NCBI RefSeq assembly: GCF_000737315.1
Contig: NZ_JMCB01000019.1
Location: forward strand, 1-64,000
Reading direction: 5' to 3'
DNA from: Hyalangium minutum
GTDB taxonomy: Bacteria; Myxococcota; Myxococcia; Myxococcales; Myxococcaceae
DNA: 64,000 bases
Below are positions 27,874 through 40,748 of this stretch, in pieces (within the stretch, counting starts at the first letter, position 1; each line of letters opens with the position of its first letter). Below the pieces are notes generated by a model. The model worked only from the letters and a program-made list of their open reading frames with translations, ran no database searches and was not told where the DNA came from. Both the position numbers and the translations under genes were made by a program.

Positions 27874-28986
27874 GTGTCGCTGAAGATCCACCAGGACCAC
27901 TCCCGCTTCAAAGCGATCGTCCGAGGGAAGATCAAAGCCAACCTGCGCAAGTACGTGCAGAAGGGCGAGATGCTCGGCAAGAAGGGCAAGGATGCCATCT
28001 CCATCCCCATCCCCTTCATCGACATCCCCCGCTTCAAGTACGGCCATAAGGAGCAGGGCGGCGTAGGGCAGGGAGACGGTGAGGTGGGTCAGTCGCTCGG
28101 CCCCGGGCAGCCTCAGCCTGGGGACGGGCACGGCCACGCCGGCCAGGGCGAGGGCGACCATGCCCTCGAGGTCGACGTCACCCTCGACGAGCTGGCGCAG
28201 ATCCTGGGCGAGGAGCTGCAGCTGCCCAACATCGAGCGCCGGCACAACGAGAAGATCGTCACCCAGAAGATCAAATACACCGGCATCAACACCACCGGCC
28301 CCGAGTCGCTCCGCCACTTCAAGCGCACCTTCAAGCAGGCGCTGAAGCGGCAGATCGCCACCGGCACGTATGACCCGAAGAAGCCGGTCATCATCCCCAC
28401 GCGCGAGGACCGGCGCTACCGCAGCTACAAGCTCCAGGACCTGCCGGAGACCAACGCCGTCATCATCTACATGATGGACGTGTCCGGCTCGATGGGCGAC
28501 GAGCAGAAGGAGATCGTCCGCATCGAGAGCTTCTGGCTCGATACGTGGCTGCGCCACCAGTACAAGGGCCTCGAGTCGCGCTACATCATCCACGACGCCG
28601 TGGCCCGCGAGGTGGACCGGGAGACCTTCTTCCACACCCGCGAGTCCGGCGGCACGATGATCTCCAGCGCCTACAAGCTCTGCCGCGACATCATCGCGGC
28701 CGACTACCCGAAGAGCGCGTGGAACATCTACCCGTTCCACTTCTCGGACGGTGACAACTGGAGCGCGGACGACACGCGCCAGTGCATCGAGATGCTCAAG
28801 AACGATGTGCTGCCCAACGTGAACCAGTTCGCCTACGGGCAAGTCGAGAGCCCCTACGGCAGCGGCCAGTTCATCAAGGATCTGCGCGAGGCCGTGGGCG
28901 ACCAGTCCAACGTGGCCCTCAGCGAGATCGCCGACAAGGACGCCATCTACAACTCCATCAAGGACTTCCTCGGAAAGGGCCGCTGA
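27874..28986 (+). CDS. yeaH: YeaH/YhbH-family (DUF444) vWA protein
   Basis: [14 protein letters not shown] motif, [20 protein letters not shown] start 2 nt after prkA. Confidence 0.9.
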   Translation: MSLKIHQDHSRFKAIVRGKIKANLRKYVQKGEMLGKKGKDAISIPIPFIDIPRFKYGHKEQGGVGQGDGEVGQSLGPGQPQPGDGHGHAGQGEGDHALEVDVTLDELAQILGEELQLPNIERRHNEKIVTQKIKYTGINTTGPESLRHFKRTFKQALKRQIATGTYDPKKPVIIPTREDRRYRSYKLQDLPETNAVIIYMMDVSGSMGDEQKEIVRIESFWLDTWLRHQYKGLESRYIIHDAVAREVDRETFFHTRESGGTMISSAYKLCRDIIAADYPKSAWNIYPFHFSDGDNWSADDTRQCIEMLKNDVLPNVNQFAYGQVESPYGSGQFIKDLREAVGDQSNVALSEIADKDAIYNSIKDFLGKGR

Positions 28987-29017
28987 AGCCCCGCGCCCCC
29001 ACGGAGCACCCGCCCCG

Positions 29018-30511
29018 ATGCCCAAGAGCCTCACACCCCGCCTGGCCGCTCTGAACGAGGAGATCCTCGGGTACGCCCGCGAGTTCGGGCTCGACTTCTT
29101 CGAGACCATCTTCGAAGTCGTCACCTACGACGAGATGAACATGGTGGCCTCCTACGGAGGCTTCCCCAACCGCTACCCGCACTGGCGCTGGGGCATGGAG
29201 TACGAGCAGCTCTCCAAGGGCTACGAGTACGGCCTCTCGAAGATCTACGAGCTCGTCATCAACAACGACCCCTGCTACGCGTACCTCCTGGAGAGCAACG
29301 CGGACGTGGACCAGAAGCTCGTGATGGCCCACGTGTACGGGCACTGCGACTTCTTCAAGAACAACTTCTCCTTCCGCCACACCAACCGGCGGATGATCGA
29401 CGAGATGGCCAACCACGCCACCCGCGTGCGCCGGTGGATCGACAAGATCGGCGTGGAGAAGGTGGAAGACTTCATCGACCGGACGCTGAGCCTCGAGAAC
29501 CTCATCGACCAGCACGCCCCGCACATCCGCCGCAACCCGGATCCCCGGCGCGCCGAGGACGAGGCCAAGGCCAACGAGCGCGTCGAGGGCTTCAAGGTCA
29601 ACCGCGAGTACATGCGCGGCTTCATCAACCCGTCCGAGTTCCTCGAGTCCCAGCGCAAGAAGGTCGAGGACGAAAAGCAGCGCTCCAAGAAGTTCCCCGA
29701 GCGCCCCCAGCGTGACGTCCTCTACTTCCTCCTGGAGAACGCCCCCCTGGAGCCGTGGGAGGCTGACATCCTCTCCATCCTCCGCGACGAGGCCTACTAC
29801 TTCGCCCCCCAGGGCCAGACGAAGATCATGAACGAGGGGTGGGCCAGCTACTGGCACTCCACCATCATGACGCGCCGCGCCCTGAAGGATGATGAGATCA
29901 TCGACTACGCGGACCGCCACTCCGGCACCATGGGGACCCGCCCAGGTACGCTCAATCCCTACAAGCTAGGCATCGAGCTGTGGCGGGACATCGAGGACCG
30001 CTGGAACAAGGGCCGCTTCGGCAAGGAGTGGGACGAGTGCGATGACCTTCGGGCCCGAGGCTCGTGGGACAAGAAGCTGGGCGCGGGCCGGGAGAAGATC
30101 TTCGAGGTCCGCAAGCACTACAACGACATCACCTTCATCGACACGTTCCTCACCGCCGAGTTCGCCATCGAGCAGAAGCTGTTCGTCTACGGCTTCAACG
30201 ACAAGCGCAACTCCTGGGAGATCCTCGACCGGGAGTTCCGAAAGGTGAAGGCCAAGTTGCTGCAGGGCCTGACGAACTTCGGCCAGCCCATCATCGAGGT
30301 GGTGGACGGCAACTTCGAGAACCGCAGTGAACTGCTCCTCGCCCACAAGCACGATGGACAGGATCTCAAGGGCGACTACGCTCGCGAGACACTTAGAAAC
30401 TTACAGTCTCTCTGGCGGAGGCCTGTCAACATCGTTACGAGGTACGATGGCAAAGGCGTCATGCTACGCTACGACGGCCAGAACCACTCGGAGAAGAAAG
30501 TCGACCTCTAG
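29018..30511 (+). CDS. spoVR: SpoVR/YcgB-family protein
   Basis: [45 protein letters not shown]. Confidence 0.93.
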   Translation: MPKSLTPRLAALNEEILGYAREFGLDFFETIFEVVTYDEMNMVASYGGFPNRYPHWRWGMEYEQLSKGYEYGLSKIYELVINNDPCYAYLLESNADVDQKLVMAHVYGHCDFFKNNFSFRHTNRRMIDEMANHATRVRRWIDKIGVEKVEDFIDRTLSLENLIDQHAPHIRRNPDPRRAEDEAKANERVEGFKVNREYMRGFINPSEFLESQRKKVEDEKQRSKKFPERPQRDVLYFLLENAPLEPWEADILSILRDEAYYFAPQGQTKIMNEGWASYWHSTIMTRRALKDDEIIDYADRHSGTMGTRPGTLNPYKLGIELWRDIEDRWNKGRFGKEWDECDDLRARGSWDKKLGAGREKIFEVRKHYNDITFIDTFLTAEFAIEQKLFVYGFNDKRNSWEILDREFRKVKAKLLQGLTNFGQPIIEVVDGNFENRSELLLAHKHDGQDLKGDYARETLRNLQSLWRRPVNIVTRYDGKGVMLRYDGQNHSEKKVDL

Positions 30512-30543
30512 AGCGTCTCTGGGGTTGCCGGAGCAAAGAACGG

Positions 30544-31131
30544 ATGGGCTCACGCATCGAAGCAGTGGAGGTGCTGTCTTTCCGGCTCGAGCTGCCAAGG
30601 CTCGCGCTGGATCGTCTCCCGTCGGAGCTGGGCACCGCCCTGCCCGTGCGCATGGAGAAGGAAGCAGACGGGACGTTGTGGGTCGAGCATGACGGCCAGG
30701 AGAGCTTCCTGCGCTTCCGCCTCGAGGGCGACAGCGCGGAGCTGGAGGAGATCTCCATCTCCCAGGACGCCCAGGGCCACTTCTTCCAGAAGGTACTCGG
30801 CGCGCTGATGGTGCGCTTCCGCGGCGATCTCCGGGCACGCTTGGTGTTCGATCCCCGCGAGAACCGCGCCGAGGACCCCTGGGTCGAGGTGAAGATCGAA
30901 CAGGGCCGGACCACCTGGCCGGGCCTGGCCACTCAGGCCGCCGCAGTCCGCCTGGCGCACGCCGCCGCCGAGGGTGGCAGCGTGGGTGCCTCTGGAGAGG
31001 GCGGTGGAGAGGCTTCCTCCGAGGAGCCCCTCACTCCCGAGGAGGAGGAGCTGTCTCGGATTCTCGCCCGCGCCGAGGCGGCGTGGCAGGAGTACCAGCG
31101 CCTCAAGCGCCAGCGGCAGCAGCCTCGCTAG
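30544..31131 (+). CDS. Hypothetical protein
   Basis: 195-aa ORF with strong GC3 bias, co-oriented after spoVR. Confidence 0.7.
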   Translation: MGSRIEAVEVLSFRLELPRLALDRLPSELGTALPVRMEKEADGTLWVEHDGQESFLRFRLEGDSAELEEISISQDAQGHFFQKVLGALMVRFRGDLRARLVFDPRENRAEDPWVEVKIEQGRTTWPGLATQAAAVRLAHAAAEGGSVGASGEGGGEASSEEPLTPEEEELSRILARAEAAWQEYQRLKRQRQQPR

Positions 31132-31156
31132 GCGCTGCCCCCGCGCCCGCTGCCGC

Positions 31157-32821
31157 TCACGTGGAGACCTTCTCCGAAGCGGCAGCTGGCAGGGTGAAGT
31201 GGAACGTGGCCCCCTCTCCTGCCTTGCCCTCGGCCCACGTGCGGCCTCCGTGACGGGCGACGATGCGGCGGACGTTGGCCAGCCCGATGCCCGTGCCCTC
31301 GAACTGATCGGCCGTGTGCAGGCGCTGGAAGACGCCGAACAGCTTGTCCACGTACTCCATCTCGAAGCCCACCCCGTTGTCCTTCACCCACACGTGGATG
31401 TCTCCCTCCTCCTCCCGGCTGTCCACCTCGATGGTGGGCTCGGGCTTGGGGCGCGTGTACTTCAGCGCGTTGGACAGGAGGTTCTTGAACACGAGCCGCA
31501 GCAGGGCCGGATCTCCCTGCACCTGAGGCAGGGCCGCCACCTTCCACGTCACGGTCCGCCCCTCGGCCTCGGGCGCGAGCTCGCGCCGCACCTGCGAGAT
31601 GAGCTCATCCAGGGAGACCTGGGTCTTCTTCAGCTCGGCCCGGCCCATGCGGCTGAAGTTCAGCAGGTCATCCACCATCTTCCCGCCCTGCCTCGCCGCG
31701 TCCGAGATCGTCTTCATGTACTCGCGAGAGGTGGCGTCCAAGTGGGTGCCGATGCGCCTCTCCAGGAGCTGGGCAAAGCCGGTGATGTGGCGCAGAGGCG
31801 CGCGCAGGTCATGGCTCACCGAGTAGCTGAAGGACTCCAGCTCTTTGTTGGCCTCCACCAGCTCCGCGGTGCGCGCCTGCACCCGCCGCTCCAACGTCTG
31901 GTTGAGGCGCTTCACCTCTTCCTCGGCTTTGCGGCGCTCCGTCATGTCGTGCCCCTGCACGAAGATGCCCGTCACCGCGCCGTTGGCCCCGAAGATGGGC
32001 TGGTAGACGAAGTCCACGGAGCGCTCGTCCAGAGGCGCCCCCGGCTGCCGCTGGAGGGCCACCGACAGCCCTCGGCCTACGAAGGGCTCTCCCGAGGTGA
32101 AGACCTTGTCGAGCAGCTCGTAGAAGCCCTGCCCCGCCAGCTCGGGCAGCGCCTCGCGGACGGGCTTGCCGATCAGCTCCCGGTGGCCCACGACCTGGTA
32201 GTACGCGCGGTTGGCCAGCTCGAAGACGTGGTGGCGCCCCCTCAGGAACGTCATGAAGCCCGGGGCCTGTTCGAAGAGCTGGAGCAGGTGGCGGCGCTCC
32301 GCGTCCAGCGTCCGGTTGGTCTCCTGGACCTGCTGCGCCCGCTGAAGGACGCCCGCCCCCAGCAGATCCGTCGCGTGGGAGCGCTCGGCCTCCGCCATCT
32401 GCACGGCCTGCTTGAGCCGCTGCAGCTCCGTCACGTCCACGGTGTGCTGAAGGATGAAGGCCACCTCGCCCTTCTCGTCCAGGAGGGGGGTGTGCGTGGC
32501 GCTCCAGAAGCGCTCCTCGATGACAATGCCCGCCTCAGTGTGGAGAGGAACCCGGTACATAATGAGCGCCAGGGTATCCGACGCGCGGCTGGACAAGACC
32601 CGCTCGAACGAGGCGCGCAGCATCCGCGCGTTCTCATTGCTGGGGTTGGCCGGATCGTGGGGGAAGAGGTCGAAGACGTTGCGGCCCAGGAGGTCTTCCA
32701 GCCGGCTCGCTGTCACACGCAGGTAGGCGTCATTGGCGGCGACGTACTTGAGCTCACGGTCGAGCACCATGTACGGGTTGGGCGAGAAGCGGAACAGCTG
32801 CCCAAAATCGGGTGATGGCAT
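31157..32821 (-). CDS. Cytoplasmic PAS-PAS sensor histidine kinase
   Basis: Two PAS domains, SHDLRAPL H-box, NLLSNALKY, DNGVGF, GTGIGLA. No cognate regulator adjacent. Confidence 0.92.
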   Translation of the reverse strand: MPSPDFGQLFRFSPNPYMVLDRELKYVAANDAYLRVTASRLEDLLGRNVFDLFPHDPANPSNENARMLRASFERVLSSRASDTLALIMYRVPLHTEAGIVIEERFWSATHTPLLDEKGEVAFILQHTVDVTELQRLKQAVQMAEAERSHATDLLGAGVLQRAQQVQETNRTLDAERRHLLQLFEQAPGFMTFLRGRHHVFELANRAYYQVVGHRELIGKPVREALPELAGQGFYELLDKVFTSGEPFVGRGLSVALQRQPGAPLDERSVDFVYQPIFGANGAVTGIFVQGHDMTERRKAEEEVKRLNQTLERRVQARTAELVEANKELESFSYSVSHDLRAPLRHITGFAQLLERRIGTHLDATSREYMKTISDAARQGGKMVDDLLNFSRMGRAELKKTQVSLDELISQVRRELAPEAEGRTVTWKVAALPQVQGDPALLRLVFKNLLSNALKYTRPKPEPTIEVDSREEEGDIHVWVKDNGVGFEMEYVDKLFGVFQRLHTADQFEGTGIGLANVRRIVARHGGRTWAEGKAGEGATFHFTLPAAASEKVST

Positions 32822-33011
32822 CGGGTCGACCGTCCTTCTGGTGACGCTTCCTGACAATGACTTCTCTCAGGGAACGTTCACTCGTACCCAGTCTCCGGGT
32901 TGGCCCTCCCGCCCCTACCCTCCAGAGCAGGCGGACAGGCGGGCGCCGAAATTTCCCGGCCAGGATTTGGGCAGCGGCGCGGAGCTCTTCTACACTCCTG
33001 TATCAGCGCCC

Positions 33012-34202
33012 ATGAGAATCGCTCCCCTGCTCTGCCTGGCGGCCCTGCTGGCCGCTCCGTTCGCCTCCGCCTCCGTCTCCAGCTACACGGTGAAGAACCG
33101 CCGCATCGAGCCGCGGCAGACCCTGGCTCAGGCGCTGCATGACGCGGCGCTTCCAGACGCCCAGGTGGAGGCCGTCATCTCCGCGCTGGAGGGCGTGTTT
33201 GACTTCCGGAAGTCCCGGCCGGGCGACCAGTTCCGCCTCGTCATGCGCGAGGGCGTGCTGGACTTCTTCGACTACCGGCAGAGCGCGGTGGACGAGTGGC
33301 AGGTGCGCCGGGACGGCGACAAGTACGTGGGCAGCAAGCGCACCATCGAGGTGGAGAAGCAAGTCACCCTGGTGTCGCTGGAGATCAACAGCTCGCTGTA
33401 CGAGGCGGCGCTGGCGGCGGGCGAGGACCCGAGCATCGGCGTGGTGCTGGCGGACGTGTTCGCCTGGGACATCGACTTCTACCGGGACCCGCGCAAGGGC
33501 GACAAGGCGCGGGCGCTGGTGGAGAAGTTCGTCTCCAAGGGCCGGGTGCTGCGCTACGGCGAGGTGCTGGCGGCCGCCTACGAAGGCGGACAGGTGGGCA
33601 AGAAGCGCGTGTTCCGCTACCAAGAGCCGAACGGGCAGATCAACTACTTCCAGGAGGACGGCGCCAGCGCGAAGAAGACGTTCCTCAAGAGCCCGCTGAA
33701 GTACGCGCACGTCACCAGCGGCTTCGGCTCGCGCTTCCACCCGGTGCTCCAGTACCTGAAGGCGCACAACGGCGTGGACTACGGCACGCCCATTGGCACC
33801 CCGGTGTGGGTGGTGGCCGATGGCACGGTGACGAAGGCGCAGAACACGGGCCCGGGCGGCAACACCGTCTGCGTGCGCCACATCAACGGCCTGGAGACGT
33901 GCTACCTGCACCTGTCCAAGTACGGCGCGGGCGTGCGCGTGGGCGGGCGGGTGAGCCAGAAGCAGGTGATTGCGTACTCGGGCAACACCGGCCGCAGCAC
34001 CGGGCCACACCTGCACTTCGCGCTCAAGCGCAACGGGCAGTTCGTCAACCCGCTCAACCAGAAGTTCCCCCGCGCCGAGCCGCTTTCCAAGGCACAGCTG
34101 CCGGACTTCCTCGCCAAGACGAAGGAGCTGGTCTCGCAGCTGGACTCCGTGTCCATGGCCTCGGCGGGCGGCTCTAGCACGCACGCCGCAGCCACGCCCT
34201 GA
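33012..34202 (+). CDS. M23-family peptidoglycan endopeptidase (MepM-like)
   Basis: Signal peptide, HNGVDY (HxxxD), YLHLS, TGPHLHF. Confidence 0.92.
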   Translation: MRIAPLLCLAALLAAPFASASVSSYTVKNRRIEPRQTLAQALHDAALPDAQVEAVISALEGVFDFRKSRPGDQFRLVMREGVLDFFDYRQSAVDEWQVRRDGDKYVGSKRTIEVEKQVTLVSLEINSSLYEAALAAGEDPSIGVVLADVFAWDIDFYRDPRKGDKARALVEKFVSKGRVLRYGEVLAAAYEGGQVGKKRVFRYQEPNGQINYFQEDGASAKKTFLKSPLKYAHVTSGFGSRFHPVLQYLKAHNGVDYGTPIGTPVWVVADGTVTKAQNTGPGGNTVCVRHINGLETCYLHLSKYGAGVRVGGRVSQKQVIAYSGNTGRSTGPHLHFALKRNGQFVNPLNQKFPRAEPLSKAQLPDFLAKTKELVSQLDSVSMASAGGSSTHAAATP

Positions 34203-34211
34203 GACAGCGCC

Positions 34212-34805
34212 TCACTCCCCCCATTCGAGCAGGAACTCCGCGTGGTCCAAGCCGTGGATGGTGGTCTGCACCGTCCCCTGGACGCCGCAGACCTCGAGCG
34301 CGGCGGCCAGCGTGCCCTCGTGGAAGAGCGCCGGCTGCACGTCGCCCCGGAAGACGATGCGCAGCTTCCGCTCCCCCAGCACCTCGCACTCGTGGGTGCC
34401 GTAGTTCACCATCGTCGCGTAGGCGATCGAGGTGTTGGCGAAGCCCCGTTGGGGGTTCTTGCGGCCCATGATCTTCGCCAGCGCACGGCCCACCGTGGAG
34501 CCATAGAAGAACTGGTGGAGGCACGCGGCGCCACAGGCTCGGAGCGCCTCCTGCTCGGAGCCCAGGGAGGGTGCCAGGACGCTCGTGGCAGCAAAGAGCA
34601 GGCGGGTAAAGTCGCTGGCCGGGTAGGAGAAGAAGTCAACGAGCCGCAGCAAGCCCAGCTCCTGGGACAGCCTCGCGGCGCTCTCCTCTCCAGCCCGCTC
34701 GGAGACCAGGGAGAGGATGGAGTTGAACGCCAGCCCCCTCACAGTGTGAACAGGCAGCACCCTCTGGAGCCGGAGGGACAGCTCGGTGGTGTCACGACCA
34801 TCCAT
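34212..34805 (-). CDS. DUF2378-family myxobacterial protein
   Basis: TVRGLAFNSIL, FFSYPASDF, YATMVNYG, FHEGTL pattern typical of the TIGR02265 family. Confidence 0.8.
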   Translation of the reverse strand: MDGRDTTELSLRLQRVLPVHTVRGLAFNSILSLVSERAGEESAARLSQELGLLRLVDFFSYPASDFTRLLFAATSVLAPSLGSEQEALRACGAACLHQFFYGSTVGRALAKIMGRKNPQRGFANTSIAYATMVNYGTHECEVLGERKLRIVFRGDVQPALFHEGTLAAALEVCGVQGTVQTTIHGLDHAEFLLEWGE

Positions 34806-34967
34806 GGGACCTTGGCCTCCACATCGCCTGCAGGGTGGCCCCCCGACTGCCTGCAGTCCTTTTAGCAGACCCTCACGCAACGGTGGAGACGGCCCGGCAG
34901 TCGCGGTAAATGCGAGGTTCCGGCCGCGCCCGGTTCTCCCGCGTGGCCCTAGAGAGGATCACCGTCG

Positions 34968-37463
34968 ATGTCCGACCCATTGAGGGCACAAGCCCCCCAT
35001 GTCTCGCTCGAAGAAGATGCCACGCGCACCGGGAAGGATCCCGCGAGTGTCCGCCGGGGCTTCCTGGAGCATGTGCGCTACTCCCGTGGCAAGAACCCGG
35101 AGACCTCCACCGCCCATGACCGCTTCATGGCGCTGTCACTGGCAGTGAGAGACCGGCTGGCGCACAAGTGGGTGAAGACGGCACGCACCTACTACGAGAA
35201 GGACGTCAAGCGCGCCTACTACCTGTCCGCCGAGTACCTGCTGGGTCGCGCGCTGGGCAACAACCTCATCAACACCGGCATGTACGAGGCCGCCGAGCAG
35301 GCCATGCGCGAGGTGGGAGTGGACCTCACCACGCTCATCGAGATGGAGCCGGACGCGGGCCTGGGCAACGGCGGCCTGGGGCGGCTGGCGGCGTGCTTCC
35401 TGGACTCGCTGGCCACGCTCGCCTACCCCGGCATGGGGTACGGCATCCGCTACGAGTTCGGAATCTTCACGCAGGACATCGTCGACGGCTACCAGGTGGA
35501 GCGCGCCGACGAGTGGCTGAAGTTCGGCAACCCGTGGGAGATCGTCCGGCCGGAGAAGGCGGTACCGGTGCGCTTCTTCGGGCGCGTGGAGCACCACACG
35601 GGCGCGGACGGGCAGCGGGTGGCGCGCTGGGTGGGCGGAAAGACCGTGGTGGGCGTGCCCTTCGACACGCCCATCGCCGGCTTCGGGAACAACACGGTGA
35701 ACACGCTGCGGCTGTGGCAGGCCCGGGCCAGCGAGGAGTTCGACCTGCTGCTGTTCAACGCGGGCGACTACGAGCGCTCGGTGGTGGAGAAGAACGACTC
35801 GGAGGTCATCTCCAAGGTCCTCTACCCGAACGATGCGTTCCAGGCGGGCAAGGAGCTGCGGCTCAAGCAGCAATACTTCTTCGTCGCCTGCTCCATCGCG
35901 GACATCGTCCGGCGGTACCTGAAGGGCCACAAGGACTTCCGGGACTTCCCCAACAAGGTGGCCATCCAGCTGAACGACACGCATCCAGCCATCGCGGTGG
36001 CGGAGCTGATGCGGGTGCTGGTGGACGAGAAGCGGCTGCAGTGGGACGAGGCGTTCCACATCACCCAGCAGACGTTCGGCTACACGAACCACACGCTGCT
36101 GGCCGAGGCCATGGAGAAGTGGCCGGCCACGCTGTTCGAGCGCCTGCTGCCGCGCCACCTGGAGATCATCTACGAGATCAACCACCGCTTCCTGCGGCAG
36201 GTGCAGATCCGCTACCCGTTCGACGAGGAGCGGCTGCGCCGGCTGAGCCTCGTGGAGGAAGGCGCGGAGAAGAAGATCCGCATGGCGCACCTGGCGGTGG
36301 TGGGCAGCCACAGCGTGAACGGCGTGGCGGCGCTGCACACGGACCTGCTGCGGCGAGACGTGCTGCCGGACTTCGCGGCCATGTTCCCCGAGCGCTTCAA
36401 CAACAAGACGAACGGGGTGACGCCGCGCCGCTGGCTGTCGTGGTGCAACCCGCGCCTGGCCAAGCTCATTACCTCGCGCATCGGCGCAGGCTGGGAGAAG
36501 GATCTGGACCAGCTGCGCAAGCTCGAGGAGCACCTGGACGACAAGGCGTTCCACACGGCGTTCCGCGAGGTGAAGCAGCAGAACAAGCATGACCTCGCGC
36601 AGCACATCCAGGATCTGCGCTCGGTGAGCCTGAATCCGAACGCCATCTTCGACGTGCAGATCAAGCGCCTGCACGAGTACAAGCGGCAGCTGCTCAACGC
36701 GCTGCACATCGTGGTGCTGTGGATGCGGGCGCGGAGGGATCCGTCCACCATCGTCCACCCGCGGGCGTTCCTCTTCGGCGCCAAGGCGGCCCCGGGCTAC
36801 CAGCAGGCCAAGCAGATCATCCGGCTCGTCAACGGCATTGGCGAGGTCATCAACAGCGATGCGGGCACCACGGGGCTCCAGGTGGTGTTCGTGCCCAACT
36901 ACCGGGTGAGCCTCGCCGAGCGCATCATCCCGGCTGCGGATGTGTCCGAGCAGATCTCCACCGCGGGCTGGGAGGCCTCCGGCACGGGCAACATGAAGCT
37001 GATGCTCAACGGGGCGCTGACGCTGGGCACGCTCGACGGCGCGAACGTGGAGATCCGCGAGGAGGTGGGGGATGAGAACTTCTTCCTCTTCGGCCTCACG
37101 GCGGACGAGGTGATTGCCCGGAAGAAGGCCGGCTACCGGCCTCGGGACGTCTACAACTCGCACCAGGAGCTGCGCGAGGCGATGGACCTCATCGCCTCGG
37201 GCTTCTTCTCGCCGGAGGACCGCAACCTCTTCAAGCCGCTGATGGACAACCTGCTGGAAGAGGACCGGTACCTGGTGCTGGCGGACTTCGACTCCTACAT
37301 GAAGAAGCAGGAGGACGTGGCCCGCGCGTACCAGGACCACGACACGTGGACGCGCAAGTGCATCCTCAACGTGGCACGGGCCGGCATCTTCTCGTCGGAC
37401 CGCACCATCAAGCAGTACGCCGAGGAAATCTGGCGCGTGAAGCAGATCCCGGTGGATCAGTGA
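34968..37463 (+). CDS. glgP: Glycogen/alpha-glucan phosphorylase
   Basis: GLGNGGLGRLAACF, LNDTHP, EASGTGNMKLMLNG (PLP-binding Lys). Confidence 0.96.
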   Translation: MSDPLRAQAPHVSLEEDATRTGKDPASVRRGFLEHVRYSRGKNPETSTAHDRFMALSLAVRDRLAHKWVKTARTYYEKDVKRAYYLSAEYLLGRALGNNLINTGMYEAAEQAMREVGVDLTTLIEMEPDAGLGNGGLGRLAACFLDSLATLAYPGMGYGIRYEFGIFTQDIVDGYQVERADEWLKFGNPWEIVRPEKAVPVRFFGRVEHHTGADGQRVARWVGGKTVVGVPFDTPIAGFGNNTVNTLRLWQARASEEFDLLLFNAGDYERSVVEKNDSEVISKVLYPNDAFQAGKELRLKQQYFFVACSIADIVRRYLKGHKDFRDFPNKVAIQLNDTHPAIAVAELMRVLVDEKRLQWDEAFHITQQTFGYTNHTLLAEAMEKWPATLFERLLPRHLEIIYEINHRFLRQVQIRYPFDEERLRRLSLVEEGAEKKIRMAHLAVVGSHSVNGVAALHTDLLRRDVLPDFAAMFPERFNNKTNGVTPRRWLSWCNPRLAKLITSRIGAGWEKDLDQLRKLEEHLDDKAFHTAFREVKQQNKHDLAQHIQDLRSVSLNPNAIFDVQIKRLHEYKRQLLNALHIVVLWMRARRDPSTIVHPRAFLFGAKAAPGYQQAKQIIRLVNGIGEVINSDAGTTGLQVVFVPNYRVSLAERIIPAADVSEQISTAGWEASGTGNMKLMLNGALTLGTLDGANVEIREEVGDENFFLFGLTADEVIARKKAGYRPRDVYNSHQELREAMDLIASGFFSPEDRNLFKPLMDNLLEEDRYLVLADFDSYMKKQEDVARAYQDHDTWTRKCILNVARAGIFSSDRTIKQYAEEIWRVKQIPVDQ

Positions 37464-37656
37464 GCCCGAGCGCGTCCTCCTCCCGCCGCGAGCTGGAGGA
37501 GCTCGTCACCGCCTTCTGCGACGCGTTCAACCGCGACGACCTGGAGGCGGTGATGGGCTACTTCGCGGAGGACGCGCTCTACGAGACGTTCGACGGGCAC
37601 CAGGCCCGAGGCAAGGCGGCGATTCGTGCCGCCTGCGAGCCGCGGCGCTCCGTGAC

Positions 37657-37684
<28 letters not shown>
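37460..37684 (+). pseudogene. Truncated SnoaL/NTF2-like gene
   Basis: GTG overlaps the glgP stop. LVTAFCDAFNRDDLEAVMGYFAEDALYE...GKAAIRAA, then the frame runs into the antisense 3' end of the M3 gene after about 60 aa. Confidence 0.7.
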
Positions 37685-39600
<1,916 letters not shown>

Positions 39601-39754
39601 GGGTTCTGCTCCTGAAGAGAAGGTCGCTCCGCGAACCTAATGCGGAGAACGCCCGGGAGCAGCAGCTTCGAGCACGGGATGGCAGGCACTGAACGCCACC
39701 CTCACCTCTCCCTGAGCCGCGCCCTTCACGCGGACCCAGGGTGTGTGCTTCGCT

Positions 39755-40651
39755 TCAGGTGTCGAAGTAACGGCCTTGCTCAAGGTCGGAGAGGAGCCCC
39801 CGCTGTCGTGGGCTCCAGCCCAGTTGTTCCCGCGTTCGCGTGCTCGAGGCCGGGACGTCGAGCGCCACGAATCTCTCGAACCAGGTGAAGTGGAGCGCCG
39901 CCTCCGCTTGGGACTTGCTGCCGACCGGCACGTTCAGGCGGCGGCCGATGGCGGATGCGATCTCCCGGAGCGGAATACCTTCCTCGGCGACTGCGTGATA
40001 CCGGCCTCCTGCGGCCCCCTTCTCGAGCACGAGCCTGTAGAGCTGTGCAGTATCGAGCCGGTGCACCGCGGGCCAGCGGTTCGTCCCCTCTCCCAGATAC
40101 GCGGAGACGCCCTTCTGTCGCGCGAGGGCGATCAGGTGGGGAACGAAGGCGTGATCACCGTCGCCGTGGACCGAGGGAGGAAGACGCACGACCGAGACGT
40201 TCACTCCCCGCGACGCCACCAAGGCTGCGGCCTCCTCCGTCGCCGCGCGAGGGTGCGCTTGGGCCCCTGACACAGGCGCCGTCTCTTCGGTGGAAAGGAT
40301 CCCCTTTGGCAGAATCCCCATGGCTGAGGTGACGATCAGGCGACGGTCAGAGCCAGCGAGCGCAGCGCCGAGCGCTTCGATGGCGCGCCGGTCGAGCTCA
40401 CAGTTGTCCTTGAACTTCGAGAAGTCATGGTTGAAGGCCGTGTGGATGACGGCATCCGAGGCTCTCGCTCCGCTGCGGAGGCTTTCGAGATCCTCGACTG
40501 AGCCGCGATGCACCTCGACTCCAGCCGCAGCGAGCGACGCGGTGCCCTCCTCCGAGCGAGCCAGGCCGAGCACCTTGTGGCCCGCACCGAGGAGTTCCTG
40601 AACAACAGCGGAGCCAACAAAGCCTGTCGCTCCTGTGACGAAGATACGCAT
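39755..40651 (-). CDS. NAD-dependent epimerase/SDR oxidoreductase
   Basis: MRIFVTGATGFVG, IHTAFNHDF, RLPPSVHG. Confidence 0.9.
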   Translation of the reverse strand: MRIFVTGATGFVGSAVVQELLGAGHKVLGLARSEEGTASLAAAGVEVHRGSVEDLESLRSGARASDAVIHTAFNHDFSKFKDNCELDRRAIEALGAALAGSDRRLIVTSAMGILPKGILSTEETAPVSGAQAHPRAATEEAAALVASRGVNVSVVRLPPSVHGDGDHAFVPHLIALARQKGVSAYLGEGTNRWPAVHRLDTAQLYRLVLEKGAAGGRYHAVAEEGIPLREIASAIGRRLNVPVGSKSQAEAALHFTWFERFVALDVPASSTRTREQLGWSPRQRGLLSDLEQGRYFDT

Positions 40652-40713
40652 ATGGCGAAGGTCTCCCTTTTCGTACCGGCAAACAAAATGAGCCATCGGG
40701 GAGCCCCTCACAA

Positions 40714-40743
40714 TCGTCATGCTCGTCATGCTAAGCATGACGA
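40714..40743. promoter_or_regulatory. LysR-type operator palindrome TCGTCATGCT-A-AGCATGACGA plus an extra upstream half-site
   Basis: Perfect 10-bp arms at 40723-40732 and 40734-40743. Third TCGTCATGCT at 40714. Lies between the divergent SDR and LysR genes. Confidence 0.7.
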
Positions 40744-40748
40744 AAAGT

